NCBI GenBank assembly: GCA_963730365.1
Contig: CAVSRM010000011.1
Coordinates: 179,110 to 211,109, forward strand
Direction of reading: 5' to 3'
DNA: 32,000 nucleotides
Origin: an uncultured Actinomycetota bacterium
GTDB lineage: Bacteria > Actinomycetota > Actinomycetes > Actinomycetales > Dermatophilaceae
In this document: positions 1 through 9,525 of the stretch, one piece after another
Numbering within the stretch: position 1 is the stretch's first letter
How the letters are laid out: each line of letters begins with the position of its first letter
Made by a program: the position numbers and the translations under genes
The notes under the pieces: model-generated
What the model was told of the DNA's origin: nothing
The model's input: only the letters and a program-made list of their open reading frames with translations
The model's database searches: none

Positions 1-2
1 CG

Positions 3-83
3 GAGGACGTCACCGGCACGCTGACCGCGTCGGCCCCGGACAACTGGGACTCCTCGTCGACGACGGTGACCGCCACGTGGTGA
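3..83 (+). CDS. 3' end of an upstream CDS (partial, function unknown); peptide ...EDVTGTLTASAPDNWDSSSTTVTATW*
   Basis: Frame 3 is open from the window edge to TGA at 81-83. All 26 codons end in G/C, as in real genes of this genome. Confidence 0.35.
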   Translation, partial: EDVTGTLTASAPDNWDSSSTTVTATW

Positions 84-212
84 CGGAGTGAGGGTGCGAC
101 GTCACGCACGTCGGTGACCGAGCTCATCTGGGCTCCTGGGGTCGGGGGACGGCGCCGCCGGGGTCGCCGTCCGCTCGTCGGTCTGGTGATGACGAGACCG
201 CTGAACAGGCTT

Positions 213-227
213 GTGCGCCAAGCGCAC
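213..227. terminator. Short perfect hairpin GTGCGC-caa-GCGCAC between two convergent CDSs; possible bidirectional terminator
   Basis: 6-bp perfect inverted repeat read directly. It lies between the stop at 81-83 (+) and the stop at 248-250 (-). There is no U-tract. Confidence 0.3.
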
Positions 228-247
228 CGCGGCGATTGCTCCCCGGG

Positions 248-685
248 TCACGATCCGCCGTCCTGGGTGAGGACCATGCCGTTGGTGTCGTCGCCCACGG
301 TCAGCGTGTCGCCCTCGAGAGCGAGTGACGGCGAGGACGTGAGGAGCTCGGTGAGCCACACGTCCTGGTCCATGAGGGCCGGGTCGCAGGCCATCATGGT
401 CGATGCGGCCTGGGAGTCGAACTCGAGTGTGCCGTCATCGGTACTCACGCCGCCCGCGATGGTGTTGCACCCGGCGCGGGCAGCGAGGCTGTCGGCCTCG
501 AACGAGAGAGTGACCTCGCTGCCCTCGACGAGGTCGTGGCCGTACACCTCGGTCGAGGTGAACGACCGCCCCGCGAGGTCCACCGACTCCTGGCCACAAC
601 CGCTGAGCCCGAGCGCGAGGGCCGCCGTGCCGCTCACTGCTCTCGCGAGCAGGGCAGCGCGGGGGTGGTGGGGGGTTGAGCGCAT
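248..685 (-). CDS. META-domain (HslJ/DUF306-like) lipoprotein, 145 aa
   Basis: Internal ATG at 685 of the 323-aa ORF gives MRSTPHHPRAALLARAVSGTAALALGLSGC, a signal peptide plus lipobox (LSGC). The body has the META pattern (...ARAGCNTIAGG...ASTMMACDPALMDQDVWLTELL...LEGDTLTV). The upstream 178 aa are Arg/Pro/Ser-rich shadow sequence. Confidence 0.8.
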   Translation of the reverse strand: MRSTPHHPRAALLARAVSGTAALALGLSGCGQESVDLAGRSFTSTEVYGHDLVEGSEVTLSFEADSLAARAGCNTIAGGVSTDDGTLEFDSQAASTMMACDPALMDQDVWLTELLTSSPSLALEGDTLTVGDDTNGMVLTQDGGS

Positions 686-788
686 GATGACCTCCGAGGT
701 CCTTGCCAGCCGGTGGGCGATGCGGGAAGAGCGGTAAGCGGGAAGAGTGGGAACGGTTTCTGCAGGGGAGTGCGGGAGGCCGGGACCG

Positions 789-1310
789 TCAGGTGCTGTC
801 GCGCTTGGCCTGCCGACGTGCGCCCGATGCCGTGGTCTGGGCCCGCTTGCGTTCCGTGCGTGGCCCACGGGTGGAACGATCACCGCGCGGCTTCGACACC
901 TGGTCGGAGCCGGACAGGTCGGAGCCCTTCTCGCCCTCCGCGCCCCCGCTGGAGACCCCCCAGCGCACCGACCGCGCCGCCTCGAGGCGCTCGGCCTTGA
1001 GCTCTCGTGATGCCTGCTGGGCGAGGACCGCGAGGCGACGGCTGACCCGGGCGAGGGCCTCCTCGAAGGCCTCGGCCCGCGTCTTGGCCTTGGTGTTCGC
1101 CGGTCGCGCCTTGCCCCGTGCTCCCTTGGCCGGCACCCGGGCCGAGGCGCTGCGGCGGTACTGCCCGACGTACTTGTTCCGGGCCCGACGGATGCGCTGG
1201 TGCAGCTCCAGCACGGCATCCTCGTCGAGCTCGGCGAGGGCGTCCTTCTCGGTCTGGGAGACGAGAAACCGCTCGTTCGGTGTCAGGGCAGCGAGCAGGG
1301 TGGCATTCAC
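789..1310 (-). CDS. Conserved hypothetical protein with a helical N-terminus and a highly basic Arg/Lys-rich C-terminus, 173 aa
   Basis: GTG at 1310 is preceded by AGGAGA with a 6-nt spacer (ggcccAGGAGAatcgcGTG). Third-position GC is high. I recognise no family. Confidence 0.6.
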   Translation of the reverse strand: MNATLLAALTPNERFLVSQTEKDALAELDEDAVLELHQRIRRARNKYVGQYRRSASARVPAKGARGKARPANTKAKTRAEAFEEALARVSRRLAVLAQQASRELKAERLEAARSVRWGVSSGGAEGEKGSDLSGSDQVSKPRGDRSTRGPRTERKRAQTTASGARRQAKRDST

Positions 1311-1508
1311 GCGATTCTCCTGGGCCAGGGCCCCCGTCTTTGGAGGACTGCACAAGCGTCCCAGTCGTGGCTGCCGCTGCACAAGGTCTCGTCCAGGCGT
1401 TCATCCCGGGCTTCGACATCGGCTGACGTCTCCGTCGGGCAAGCGCTAGCGTCGGCGTGGTCCGCCTCTGGCCCGGGCGCCCGCCACAGACACGTCCGGA
1501 AGGGTGCC

Positions 1509-3068
1509 ATGAGCCCGATCTCGATCACGCTGCTCATCCTCGCCGTCGCCGTGGTGGCCTTCATGTCCGGCCGTCTGCCCATCGGCATCGTCGCCATCGG
1601 TGTCTCGATCTCGTTGTGGGCCACGGGGATCCTCGAGCTCGGCGAGGCGCTCGCCGGGTTCGGCGACCCGACGGTGATCTTCATCGCCACCCTCTTCGTG
1701 GTGAGCGAGGCCCTCGACTCCACCGGCGTCACCGCCTGGGTCGGCCAGCAGGTGATCCAGCGAGGCGGCGAGGAACGGACTCCGCTGCTGCTCTCGGTCT
1801 GCCTGCTCGTGGCGCTCGTCACGGCGCTGATCAGCGTGAACGGCGCTGTGGCGGCCCTCATCCCCGTCGTGGTGGTCGTCGCAACCAAGGTCGGGCTCCC
1901 GCCCTCGCAAATGCTCATGCCCCTGGCCTTCTCGGCGCACGCGGGCTCGATGCTCGCCCTCACCGGCACTCCCGTGAACATCATCGTCAGCGACGCCGCC
2001 GAGGCGGCGGGGGAGGGCGGCTTCGCCTTCTTCGAGTTCGCCCTCGTGGGCATCCCGCTGCTCGCCGGCACGCTGCTCGTCATCATCGTCTTCGGCCGGC
2101 GACTCCTCCCCGTTCGGGCCCCGACGATGCTCCCGCAGGACGTCTCCGAGCACGCCCGCGAGCTGAGCGAGCAGTATGCGCTGCCCGAGAACACCGAGCT
2201 GGTGAGCGCCGAGCGTGGCATCACCGAGGTGGTCGTCTCGCCGCGCTCGGAGCTGATCGGGAGCCACCTTTTCCCGGGCATGGTGACCCCCAGCGGTGAC
2301 CTCGTCGTCATCGGCCTGCAGCGGGGCGGTGAGGACCTCAGGGACCGCGACTCGGTGCTGCGGGCCGGCGACACCCTCCTCGTGAGCGGCACCTGGGACG
2401 CCCTCGAGGAGAACACCGCGGGCTCGGAGGTGCTCGCCGTGGTCGATCCCTCGACCGTGCGGCGCGGCGTGCCGCTCGGTGTCGGCGCCAGGCGGGCCAT
2501 CGTCATCCTTCTCGCCATGGTCGTGCTCCTGGCCACCGGGGTCGTGCCGACGGTGATCGCCGGTCTGCTGGCAGCCTGCGCCATCGTGCTCACCGGGGTG
2601 CTCACCCCCACCAAGGCCTACCGGGCGGTCTCGTGGACCACCGTCGTGCTCGTCGGAGGCATGATCCCGTTGTCGACGGCCTTCGTCTCGACCGGCACGG
2701 CGGACGCGATCGGCAACGCCCTGCTCGATGTGGTGGGCGACTCCTCACCGCGCCTCGCGCTGCTCGGCATCTGCGTCATCACCATGGTGCTCGGTCAGCT
2801 CATCAGCAATACGGCGACCGTTCTCATCATGGTGCCTATCGCCTTGGCTGTGTCCGGGGACCTGGGCACCTCGGTGCTCCCGTTCCTCATGGCGCTCGCC
2901 ATCTCCGGAGCCGCCTCCTTCCTCACCCCCGTCGCGACCCCGGCGAACACGATGGTGCTCGAGCCGGGGGGCTACCGGTTCGGCGACTACTGGAAGCTCG
3001 GTCTCCCGCTCGCGCTGCTCTTCCTCGCCGTCGCGGTGCTCTACGTCCCCGTCGTGTGGCCGCTGTGA
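1509..3068 (+). CDS. SLC13/DASS-family anion permease with a central TrkA-C (RCK_C)-like segment, 519 aa
   Basis: ATG at 1509 follows GGAAGGG. The N-terminus MSPISITLLILAVAVVAFMSGRLPIGIVAIG... and later ...SNTATVLIMVPIA...FLTPVATPANTMV are typical CitT/ArsB-superfamily repeats. The cytoplasmic insert ITEVVVSPRSELIGSHLF...VLRAGDTLLVSG resembles TrkA-C. Confidence 0.85.
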   Translation: MSPISITLLILAVAVVAFMSGRLPIGIVAIGVSISLWATGILELGEALAGFGDPTVIFIATLFVVSEALDSTGVTAWVGQQVIQRGGEERTPLLLSVCLLVALVTALISVNGAVAALIPVVVVVATKVGLPPSQMLMPLAFSAHAGSMLALTGTPVNIIVSDAAEAAGEGGFAFFEFALVGIPLLAGTLLVIIVFGRRLLPVRAPTMLPQDVSEHARELSEQYALPENTELVSAERGITEVVVSPRSELIGSHLFPGMVTPSGDLVVIGLQRGGEDLRDRDSVLRAGDTLLVSGTWDALEENTAGSEVLAVVDPSTVRRGVPLGVGARRAIVILLAMVVLLATGVVPTVIAGLLAACAIVLTGVLTPTKAYRAVSWTTVVLVGGMIPLSTAFVSTGTADAIGNALLDVVGDSSPRLALLGICVITMVLGQLISNTATVLIMVPIALAVSGDLGTSVLPFLMALAISGAASFLTPVATPANTMVLEPGGYRFGDYWKLGLPLALLFLAVAVLYVPVVWPL

Positions 3069-3173
3069 CAGCGTCGCCGGCCGGGCGCGCCGGGAGGCAC
3101 GTCGAAGGTGCGGACAAACAGCATCCGCCGGTGGTTTGATTCGGCGAGTGCGTCCAGTCAGGAGGAGGTCGTC

Positions 3174-4382
3174 GTGAACCCGGTCCTTGCGTTCGTGGTC
3201 GTCATGCTGGTCTGGACGGTCAGCGACTACGTCGCGAAGAAGACGCAGTCGCTGCTCTCCTCGCTCTTCGTCGCCTCGATCATCTTCCTGGTCGGCTTCC
3301 TCACCGGGATCTTCCCCGAGGACCTGCTCGCCAGTTCCTCGCTCCTGGCCCTCGCCGGCGTCGTGGTCGGCTTCATCATCGTCCACCTCGGCACGATGAT
3401 CAGCCTCGAGGACTTCAAGAAGCAGTGGAAGACCTTCCTCATCGGCTTCGCGACGGTCGTCGGCATCGGTATCGCCCTGTGGGTCGCGAGCATCATCTTC
3501 GGCGGCAGCATCTCCGGGACGGCTGAGGAGGGCTACGCCCAGGCCCTCGACTTCGTGGCCGCGGGCACCGGGGCCCTCAGCGGGGGCACCATCTCGGTAC
3601 TGCTGATCCAGGAGGCCGCGCTGGGGGTGGGCCTCACAAGCATCGCGATCTTCCCCGTGCTCATCGCGGCCCTGCAGGGCCTGGTCGGCTTCCCCCTCAC
3701 CTCGATCATCCTGCGGAGAGAGGCGACGCGGCTGAAGGGTGAGTACCGCGCCGGGAACCTCGCCACCGTCGTCGAGGAGGTGCAGGAGGAGAGCACCGAG
3801 GAGGGCCGGCTCCCCGCCGCGTTCCGCACGACGGCGGGGACGTTGTTCGTCGTTGGCGTGGTCGTGCTCGTCTCGATGGGTGTCAACGACCTCACCGACG
3901 GGATCCTCAACACCTTCGTCGTCGCGCTCATCCTCGGCATCGCCCTGCGCACCTTCGGCATCTTCAAGCCGTCAGTGCTGTCGGGCATCGACGCGTTCGG
4001 CCTGATGATGCTGGCGATCATGATCCTCATCTTCGGCCCGCTCGCCACGGTCACGCCCTCCGACGTCAGCGAGCTGGCTGTGCCGCTCCTGCTCGCCTTC
4101 GTGTTCGGTGTGGCCGGCATCGCGGCGTTCGCGGGGCTCGTGGGCAAGCTCGTGGGGTACTCGGTCCCGATGTCCATCGCCATCGGGTTGACCTCGCTCT
4201 ACGGCTTCCCGGGCACGATGATCCTGTCGCAGGAGGCGGCCAGGGGGGCCGGGGAGTCGCCCGAGGAGGTGGCCGCCATCGAGCACGAGATCCTGCCCAA
4301 GATGATCGTCGCCGGCTTCTCCACCGTGACGATCACCTCGGTCGTGGTCACCGGCTTCGTCGTGGGGTGGATCGGCGGCTGA
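3174..4382 (+). CDS. Polytopic membrane protein, putative secondary transporter of unassigned family, 402 aa
   Basis: GTG at 3174 sits 3 nt after GGAGGAGG. There are about 10-12 hydrophobic segments in two halves, split by a charged loop (RREATRLKGEYRAGNLATVVEEVQEESTEEGR). GC3 is high. The family is not recognised from sequence alone. Confidence 0.65.
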   Translation: MNPVLAFVVVMLVWTVSDYVAKKTQSLLSSLFVASIIFLVGFLTGIFPEDLLASSSLLALAGVVVGFIIVHLGTMISLEDFKKQWKTFLIGFATVVGIGIALWVASIIFGGSISGTAEEGYAQALDFVAAGTGALSGGTISVLLIQEAALGVGLTSIAIFPVLIAALQGLVGFPLTSIILRREATRLKGEYRAGNLATVVEEVQEESTEEGRLPAAFRTTAGTLFVVGVVVLVSMGVNDLTDGILNTFVVALILGIALRTFGIFKPSVLSGIDAFGLMMLAIMILIFGPLATVTPSDVSELAVPLLLAFVFGVAGIAAFAGLVGKLVGYSVPMSIAIGLTSLYGFPGTMILSQEAARGAGESPEEVAAIEHEILPKMIVAGFSTVTITSVVVTGFVVGWIGG

Positions 4383-4503
4383 GGAGAGATCCGGGGAGTG
4401 CCTGCTCCCGCGGACTGGTCAGGGTGGATAGTCTCGGAGACGGACACGACGAGGTGTCCCACCGGCCCCCGGTGACGCCCCGAGCAAGGAGTGCCAGCGC
4501 ACC

Positions 4504-7500
4504 ATGTCGAAGCCCCAGGCCAGGACCCGCGAGGACCTCCTCGCGAAGATCGCGGCAGTGTGCGCCGACGCCGGTCTGGATGGGGGTGCGTCCGACTTCG
4601 TCCATCGCTACTTCCGGCACGTCCCGCTCGACGAGCTGACCACGCGAGACCCCGACACGTATGCCGGTGCCGCCAGCAGCCACCTCGAGCTGGCCCGAAA
4701 CCGGCCGCCCGGAGTGTCGAACGTGCGGGTCTACAACCCCAGCACCGAGGTCGACGGCTGGACCAATCCCCGGACGATCATCCAGGTCGTCACCGACGAC
4801 ATGCCCTTCCTCGTCGACTCGGTCACCGGCTGCCTGGTCAGTGCCGGCATCGACATCCACCTCATCGTCCATCCGCAGCTCGTCGTGAGCCGCGACGCCA
4901 TGGGCGTCCTCCAGCGGGTCGAGTCCCGCGAGGTCACGGGTCGAACCCGGGGCGGCAGCCTCGACAACCTCGCCGAGTCGTGGATGACCCTGTCCATCGA
5001 CCGGGAGAGCGACGAAGAGCGCCGCGCCGCCCTGGAGGCGCAGGTCAGGAACGTGCTGGAGGACGTGCGGCAGTCCGTCGAGGACTGGCCCAAGATGCGG
5101 AGCAAGTGCCTCGTCCTCGCGGCCGAGCTCGAGGGCTCACCCCCCGTGGGGATCGACGAGGCGGAGGTCGCCTCCTCGACCCGGTTCCTGCGGTGGATGG
5201 CCGACAACCACTTCACCTTCCTCGGGTACCGCGACTACGTCCTCCGCGAGCTCGACGGCGGCGAGGTCATCGCACCCGTGGGCGGGTCGGGCCTGGGACT
5301 GCTCCGCTCGGACCCGCCGGCCGGTGCCGACCCGGACCGCCTCACCCGCGCGGCCTCCGAGAAGGCGCACGAGGCGAACATCCTGGTGCTCACCAAGGCC
5401 AACTCGAAGTCCACCGTCCACCGGGTCACCCACCTGGACTATGTCGGGGTCAAGGCCTACGACGAGGAGGGAGTCGTCGTCGGGGAGCGTCGCTTCCTCG
5501 GCCTCTACGCCTCGACCGCCTACACCGAGTCCGTCCTCAACGTGCCGCTGGTCGCAGAGAAGGTGCACGCCGTCCTGGAACGCGCGGGGGTCGCGTCCGA
5601 CAGCCACACCGGCAAGGACCTCCTCGAGGTGCTCGAGAGCTACCCGCGTGACGAGCTGTTCCAGGCGTCTCTCGACCAGCTCTACGACACGGCGATGGCG
5701 GTGACCCAACTCCAGGAACGACGCCGCACGAAGCTGTTCATCCGCGAGGACGACTTCGGGCGGTTCGCGTCCTGCCTCGTCTTCATCCCGCGTGACCGCT
5801 ACAACACCTCGGTCCGGCTGAGGATGGCCGAGATCCTCAAGGACACCTTCGGCGGCGAGGACGTCGAGTTCTCGGCGAGGGTGAGCGAGTCGGCCCTTGC
5901 CAGAGTGCAGTTCGTCGTGAGGGTCGCCCGCCACAAGCGGATCCGGAGCCTGGACCGCACCGAGGTCGATGCTCTCGAGCAGCGCCTCGTGGAAGTGAGC
6001 CGCACCTGGTCGGACCGGCTGGGCGACGTGCTGCGCAGTGCCTACGGCGAGGAGGCCGGCGACGGCCTGCTCGACCGGTTCGGCCGGGCGTTCCCGACGG
6101 CATACGAGGAGACGTTCACGGTCAACCAGGGGCTCGCCGACCTGCACCACCTCGACCGGCTCGGCGACGAGCGCGGCACCAGCGTTGCCCTGTACCGTCC
6201 CGCCGGCGCGCCCGACGACATCCGTCGGTTCAAGCTCTTCCGCGTCGACCCGCTCTCGCTCACCGACATCCTGCCGATCTTCAGCGACATGGGCGTCGAG
6301 GTGGTCGACGAGCGGCCGTTCGAGGTCAAGCGCTCCGACGGCCTGCCCCTGCACGTCTACGACTTCGGGCTGCGAGTCCCCGACGGCTCCATCTGGGATG
6401 CCGTCAGCCACGACGAGCTCCGCGACCTGTTCGAGGGTGCCGTCTCGGCGGTGTGGGACGGGAGAGCGGAGTCCGACGGTTTCAACAAGCTCGTGCTCGC
6501 GGCCCACCTGGCCTGGCGCCGCGTCGTGGTCCTGCGGACGGTGGCCAAGTACCTCCGCCAGACCCGGGCCACCTACTCGCAGACCTATCTCGAGGATGCC
6601 CTCGTGACGCACCCGGAGATCGCCCGCGACCTCGTCGAGCTGTGGGAGACGCGCTTCGACCCCGAGCGCTTCGCCGGCGAGGCGGGCGAGGAGCGCGACG
6701 AGGCGGAGGAGGCGGTCGCCGAGCGCATCATCGACGCGCTCGACGAGGTCTCCTCACTCGACCACGACCGCATCGTGCGGGCCTTCGTCGGCGTGATCCG
6801 CGCGGGGCTGCGCACCAACTTCTACCAGTCGGGTGACGGCGACGCCGAGCACAAGACATATGTCTCGCTCAAGCTCAACCCGAAGGCCGTCCCCGACCTG
6901 CCTGCCCCCCGCCCGCAGTTCGAGATCTGGGTCTACAGCCCCCGGGTCGAAGGGGTGCACCTGCGGTTCGGCCCCGTCGCCCGCGGCGGGCTCCGCTGGT
7001 CGGACCGTCGTGAGGACTTCCGCACGGAGGTGCTCGGCCTGGTCAAGGCCCAGATGGTCAAGAACGCCGTCATCGTGCCCACGGGGTCCAAGGGTGGGTT
7101 CTATGCCAAGCAGCTGCCCGACCCCGCGGTCGACCGCGATGCGTGGCTGGAGGAGGGCAAGACGGCATACCGGATGTTCATCTCCGCCCTGCTCGACATC
7201 ACCGACAACCGGGTGACCGGAGAGATCCACCCACCGGAGCGGGTGGTGCGCCACGACCGAGACGACCCGTACCTCGTCGTCGCGGCCGACAAGGGGACGG
7301 CATCGTTCTCCGACATCGCCAACGGCGTCGCACAGTCCTACAGCTTCTGGCTCGACGACGCGTTCGCCTCGGGTGGGTCGGCCGGATACGACCACAAGGC
7401 GATGGGCATCACCGCGCGTGGCGCGTGGGAGTCCGTCAAGCGGCACTTCCGCGAGATGGGGGTCGACACCCAGACCGAGGACTTCACCGTGGTGGGTGTC

Positions 7501-9402
7501 GGGGACATGAGCGGAGACGTGTTCGGCAATGGCATGCTCCTCTCCGAACACATCCGACTGGTTGCTGCCTTCGACCACCGGCACGTGTTCATCGACCCGG
7601 ATCCGGTTGCGGCAGAGTCGTTCGCCGAGCGCAAGCGCCTGTTCGAGATGCCTCGTTCCTCGTGGGCTGACTACGACACCAGCCTGATCTCGAAGGGAGG
7701 AGGGGTCTTTCCGCGCAGCCTGAAGTCGATCGACATCACCCCGCAGATGGCCGCTGCCCTCGGCATCCCCGAGGGGACCAAGCGGATGACCCCGTCGGAG
7801 CTGATCCACGCCATCCTGCTCTCGCCCGCTGACCTGTTGTGGAACGGCGGCATCGGCACCTACGTCAAGGCGAGCACGGAGGACCACCTCTCCATCGGCG
7901 ACCGCGCCAACGACTCCATCCGCGTCGACGGCAAGGAGCTGCGCGTGAAGGTCGTGGGGGAGGGAGGCAACCTCGGTCTCTCCCAGGCCGGCCGGATTGA
8001 GGCGGCGTTCAGCGGCGTGCGCGTCAACACCGACGCCATCGACAACTCCGCAGGTGTCGACACCTCCGACCACGAGGTCAACATCAAGATCCTGCTCGGC
8101 GAGGTGGTGCGCAGTGGCGACCTCGACACCGAGCAGCGCAACGAGCTCCTTGCGTCGATGACCGACGACGTCGCCGACCACGTGCTGCGCGACAACTACG
8201 AGCAGAACGTCCTGCTCGGAAACGCGCGCGCCCAGGAGCACTCGATGGCCAGCGTGCACGAGCGGCTCATGCACTGGCTGGAGGACCGCGGCGACCTCGA
8301 CCGTGGCCTGGAGTTCCTGCCCAGTGACGCCGAGCTCGAGAAGCGCGCTCACGAGGGCCTGGGCCTGAAGAGCCCCGAGTTCTCGGTGCTCGTCGCCTAC
8401 GCGAAGCTGGCCCTGAAGGAGGACATCCTCGCCAGCGACATCCCCGACGACCCCTACTTCGAGGCCACCCTCGGGGAGTACTTCCCGCCGCCCATCCGGG
8501 AGCAGTATGCCGACGAGCTCGCCGAGCATCCGCTCCGCCGGGAGATCGTCACGAACTCGATCGTCAACTCGATGGTCAACCGCGGTGGCATCACCTTCGC
8601 GTTCCGTGCTCAGGAGGAGTCGGGCGCCAAGGCGGAGCAGGTCACGCGGGCTTTCGTCGTCTGCCGCGAGGTCTTCAACCTGGCCGAGTACGTGCGCGAG
8701 GTCGAGCAGCTCGACAACGTCGTGCCGACCTCTGCCCAGACCGCGCTGTACCTGGAGTTCCGCCGGCTCCTCGACCGGTCCATCCGCTGGTTCCTCACCT
8801 CGCGGCCGGCCACCCTCGACATCGGTGCCGAGGTCGACCGGTTCGCAGGCGTCGTGCGCGAGCTGGCGCCGCGGGTGCCGGAGCTCCTCCGCGGCGACGA
8901 GGAGGAGCGCCTGGCCCAGCGCGCCGAGGAGCTCGTCAACGTCGGGGTCCCCGAGGAGTTCGCGCTACGGGCGGCTGGGTTGCTCGACCAGTACTCGCTG
9001 CTCGACATCATCGACATCGCGAGCGACACCGGCCGTGAGCCGACCGACGTGGCGCCGCTCTACTACCACGTGTCCGAGCGCTTCGGCATCGACGCCATGC
9101 TCACGAAGGTCACCCGGCTCCCGCGGGACGACCGGTGGGACGCTTTGGCGCGCGGAGCCCTGCGCGACGACCTGTATGCCGTGCTCGAGTCGCTCACCCG
9201 GTCGGTGATCGAGGCGTCCGGCGACGTCGGTGACGACCCGGACGCGATGTGGCGCGCCTGGGAGGAGGCGAACGCCGAGTCGATGGAGCGGTCGAAGACG
9301 GCACTCTCCGCGATCCGGCGCCTCGAGCACCCCAACATCGCGGCGCTGTCGGTGGCGCTGCGCACGCTGCGCTCGGTGATCCGCGTCGGCGCCTCCTCCT
9401 GA
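4504..9402 (+). CDS. gdh: NAD-specific glutamate dehydrogenase, large (about 180 kDa) Bac_GDH type, 1632 aa
   Basis: The size and sequence blocks are characteristic of this family. Examples: ...RFLRWMADNHFTFLGYRDY..., GLRWSDRREDFRTEVLGLVKAQMVKNAVIVPTGSKGGF, VVAADKGTASFSDIAN, VGVGDMSGDVFGNGMLLS, VVGEGGNLGLSQAGRIE. It is an ortholog class of M. tuberculosis Rv2476c. Confidence 0.95.
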   Translation: MSKPQARTREDLLAKIAAVCADAGLDGGASDFVHRYFRHVPLDELTTRDPDTYAGAASSHLELARNRPPGVSNVRVYNPSTEVDGWTNPRTIIQVVTDDMPFLVDSVTGCLVSAGIDIHLIVHPQLVVSRDAMGVLQRVESREVTGRTRGGSLDNLAESWMTLSIDRESDEERRAALEAQVRNVLEDVRQSVEDWPKMRSKCLVLAAELEGSPPVGIDEAEVASSTRFLRWMADNHFTFLGYRDYVLRELDGGEVIAPVGGSGLGLLRSDPPAGADPDRLTRAASEKAHEANILVLTKANSKSTVHRVTHLDYVGVKAYDEEGVVVGERRFLGLYASTAYTESVLNVPLVAEKVHAVLERAGVASDSHTGKDLLEVLESYPRDELFQASLDQLYDTAMAVTQLQERRRTKLFIREDDFGRFASCLVFIPRDRYNTSVRLRMAEILKDTFGGEDVEFSARVSESALARVQFVVRVARHKRIRSLDRTEVDALEQRLVEVSRTWSDRLGDVLRSAYGEEAGDGLLDRFGRAFPTAYEETFTVNQGLADLHHLDRLGDERGTSVALYRPAGAPDDIRRFKLFRVDPLSLTDILPIFSDMGVEVVDERPFEVKRSDGLPLHVYDFGLRVPDGSIWDAVSHDELRDLFEGAVSAVWDGRAESDGFNKLVLAAHLAWRRVVVLRTVAKYLRQTRATYSQTYLEDALVTHPEIARDLVELWETRFDPERFAGEAGEERDEAEEAVAERIIDALDEVSSLDHDRIVRAFVGVIRAGLRTNFYQSGDGDAEHKTYVSLKLNPKAVPDLPAPRPQFEIWVYSPRVEGVHLRFGPVARGGLRWSDRREDFRTEVLGLVKAQMVKNAVIVPTGSKGGFYAKQLPDPAVDRDAWLEEGKTAYRMFISALLDITDNRVTGEIHPPERVVRHDRDDPYLVVAADKGTASFSDIANGVAQSYSFWLDDAFASGGSAGYDHKAMGITARGAWESVKRHFREMGVDTQTEDFTVVGVGDMSGDVFGNGMLLSEHIRLVAAFDHRHVFIDPDPVAAESFAERKRLFEMPRSSWADYDTSLISKGGGVFPRSLKSIDITPQMAAALGIPEGTKRMTPSELIHAILLSPADLLWNGGIGTYVKASTEDHLSIGDRANDSIRVDGKELRVKVVGEGGNLGLSQAGRIEAAFSGVRVNTDAIDNSAGVDTSDHEVNIKILLGEVVRSGDLDTEQRNELLASMTDDVADHVLRDNYEQNVLLGNARAQEHSMASVHERLMHWLEDRGDLDRGLEFLPSDAELEKRAHEGLGLKSPEFSVLVAYAKLALKEDILASDIPDDPYFEATLGEYFPPPIREQYADELAEHPLRREIVTNSIVNSMVNRGGITFAFRAQEESGAKAEQVTRAFVVCREVFNLAEYVREVEQLDNVVPTSAQTALYLEFRRLLDRSIRWFLTSRPATLDIGAEVDRFAGVVRELAPRVPELLRGDEEERLAQRAEELVNVGVPEEFALRAAGLLDQYSLLDIIDIASDTGREPTDVAPLYYHVSERFGIDAMLTKVTRLPRDDRWDALARGALRDDLYAVLESLTRSVIEASGDVGDDPDAMWRAWEEANAESMERSKTALSAIRRLEHPNIAALSVALRTLRSVIRVGASS

Positions 9403-9419
9403 CCGGTGGCCGCGGTGCT

Positions 9420-9443
9420 CTCCCCTCCGCGAGCGAGGGGGAG
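9420..9443 (+). terminator. Hairpin CTCCCCTC-cgcgagc-GAGGGG(G)AG, 18 nt after the gdh stop; candidate intrinsic terminator
   Basis: 8 paired bases with one bulged G and a 7-nt loop, read directly. No U-tail follows, which is common in actinobacteria. Confidence 0.4.
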
Positions 9444-9506
9444 CCCGGGGTCCGGTGGCCGGCGGCGTCCCGGTCCCGGGTGGGTGCGCCGGGCCCCCGG
9501 GGTGCC

Positions 9507-9518
9507 GTGACCTAGGCT
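9507..9518 (+). promoter_or_regulatory. GTGACCTAGGCT element; TAGGCT (-10 like, TANNNT) lies 7 nt upstream of the pdtaS GTG, suggesting a leaderless transcript
   Basis: TAGGCT is at 9513-9518, then 7 nt, then GTG at 9526. No Shine-Dalgarno sequence lies between them. The identical 12-mer with identical spacing recurs at 11551-11562. Confidence 0.45.
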
Positions 9519-9525
9519 GCGGCGC

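Noticed and set aside
686-1219. The upstream 178 codons of ORF 248-1219(-), and ORF 102-359(-).
   Set aside because: The extension is Arg/Pro/Ser-rich and overlaps the better-supported gene 789-1310 in another frame. The lipoprotein signal peptide begins at the internal ATG 685. ORF 102-359 overlaps the META gene and looks like shadow sequence.
1307-2614. Long antisense or off-frame ORFs across the core region. Examples: 1307-2614(-), 1446-2267(-), 5137-6612(-), 6754-8529(-), 8965-10758(-), 10089-11381(-), 11775-14153(+), 12329-14860(+), 14190-16130(+), 16268-17341(-), 17332-18429(-), 18862-19713(-), 21005-22342(-).
   Set aside because: These are typical high-GC shadow ORFs. Their translations are Arg/Pro/Gly/Ala/His-rich low-complexity strings, and each fully overlaps a gene with recognisable family motifs and strong third-position GC bias in another frame.
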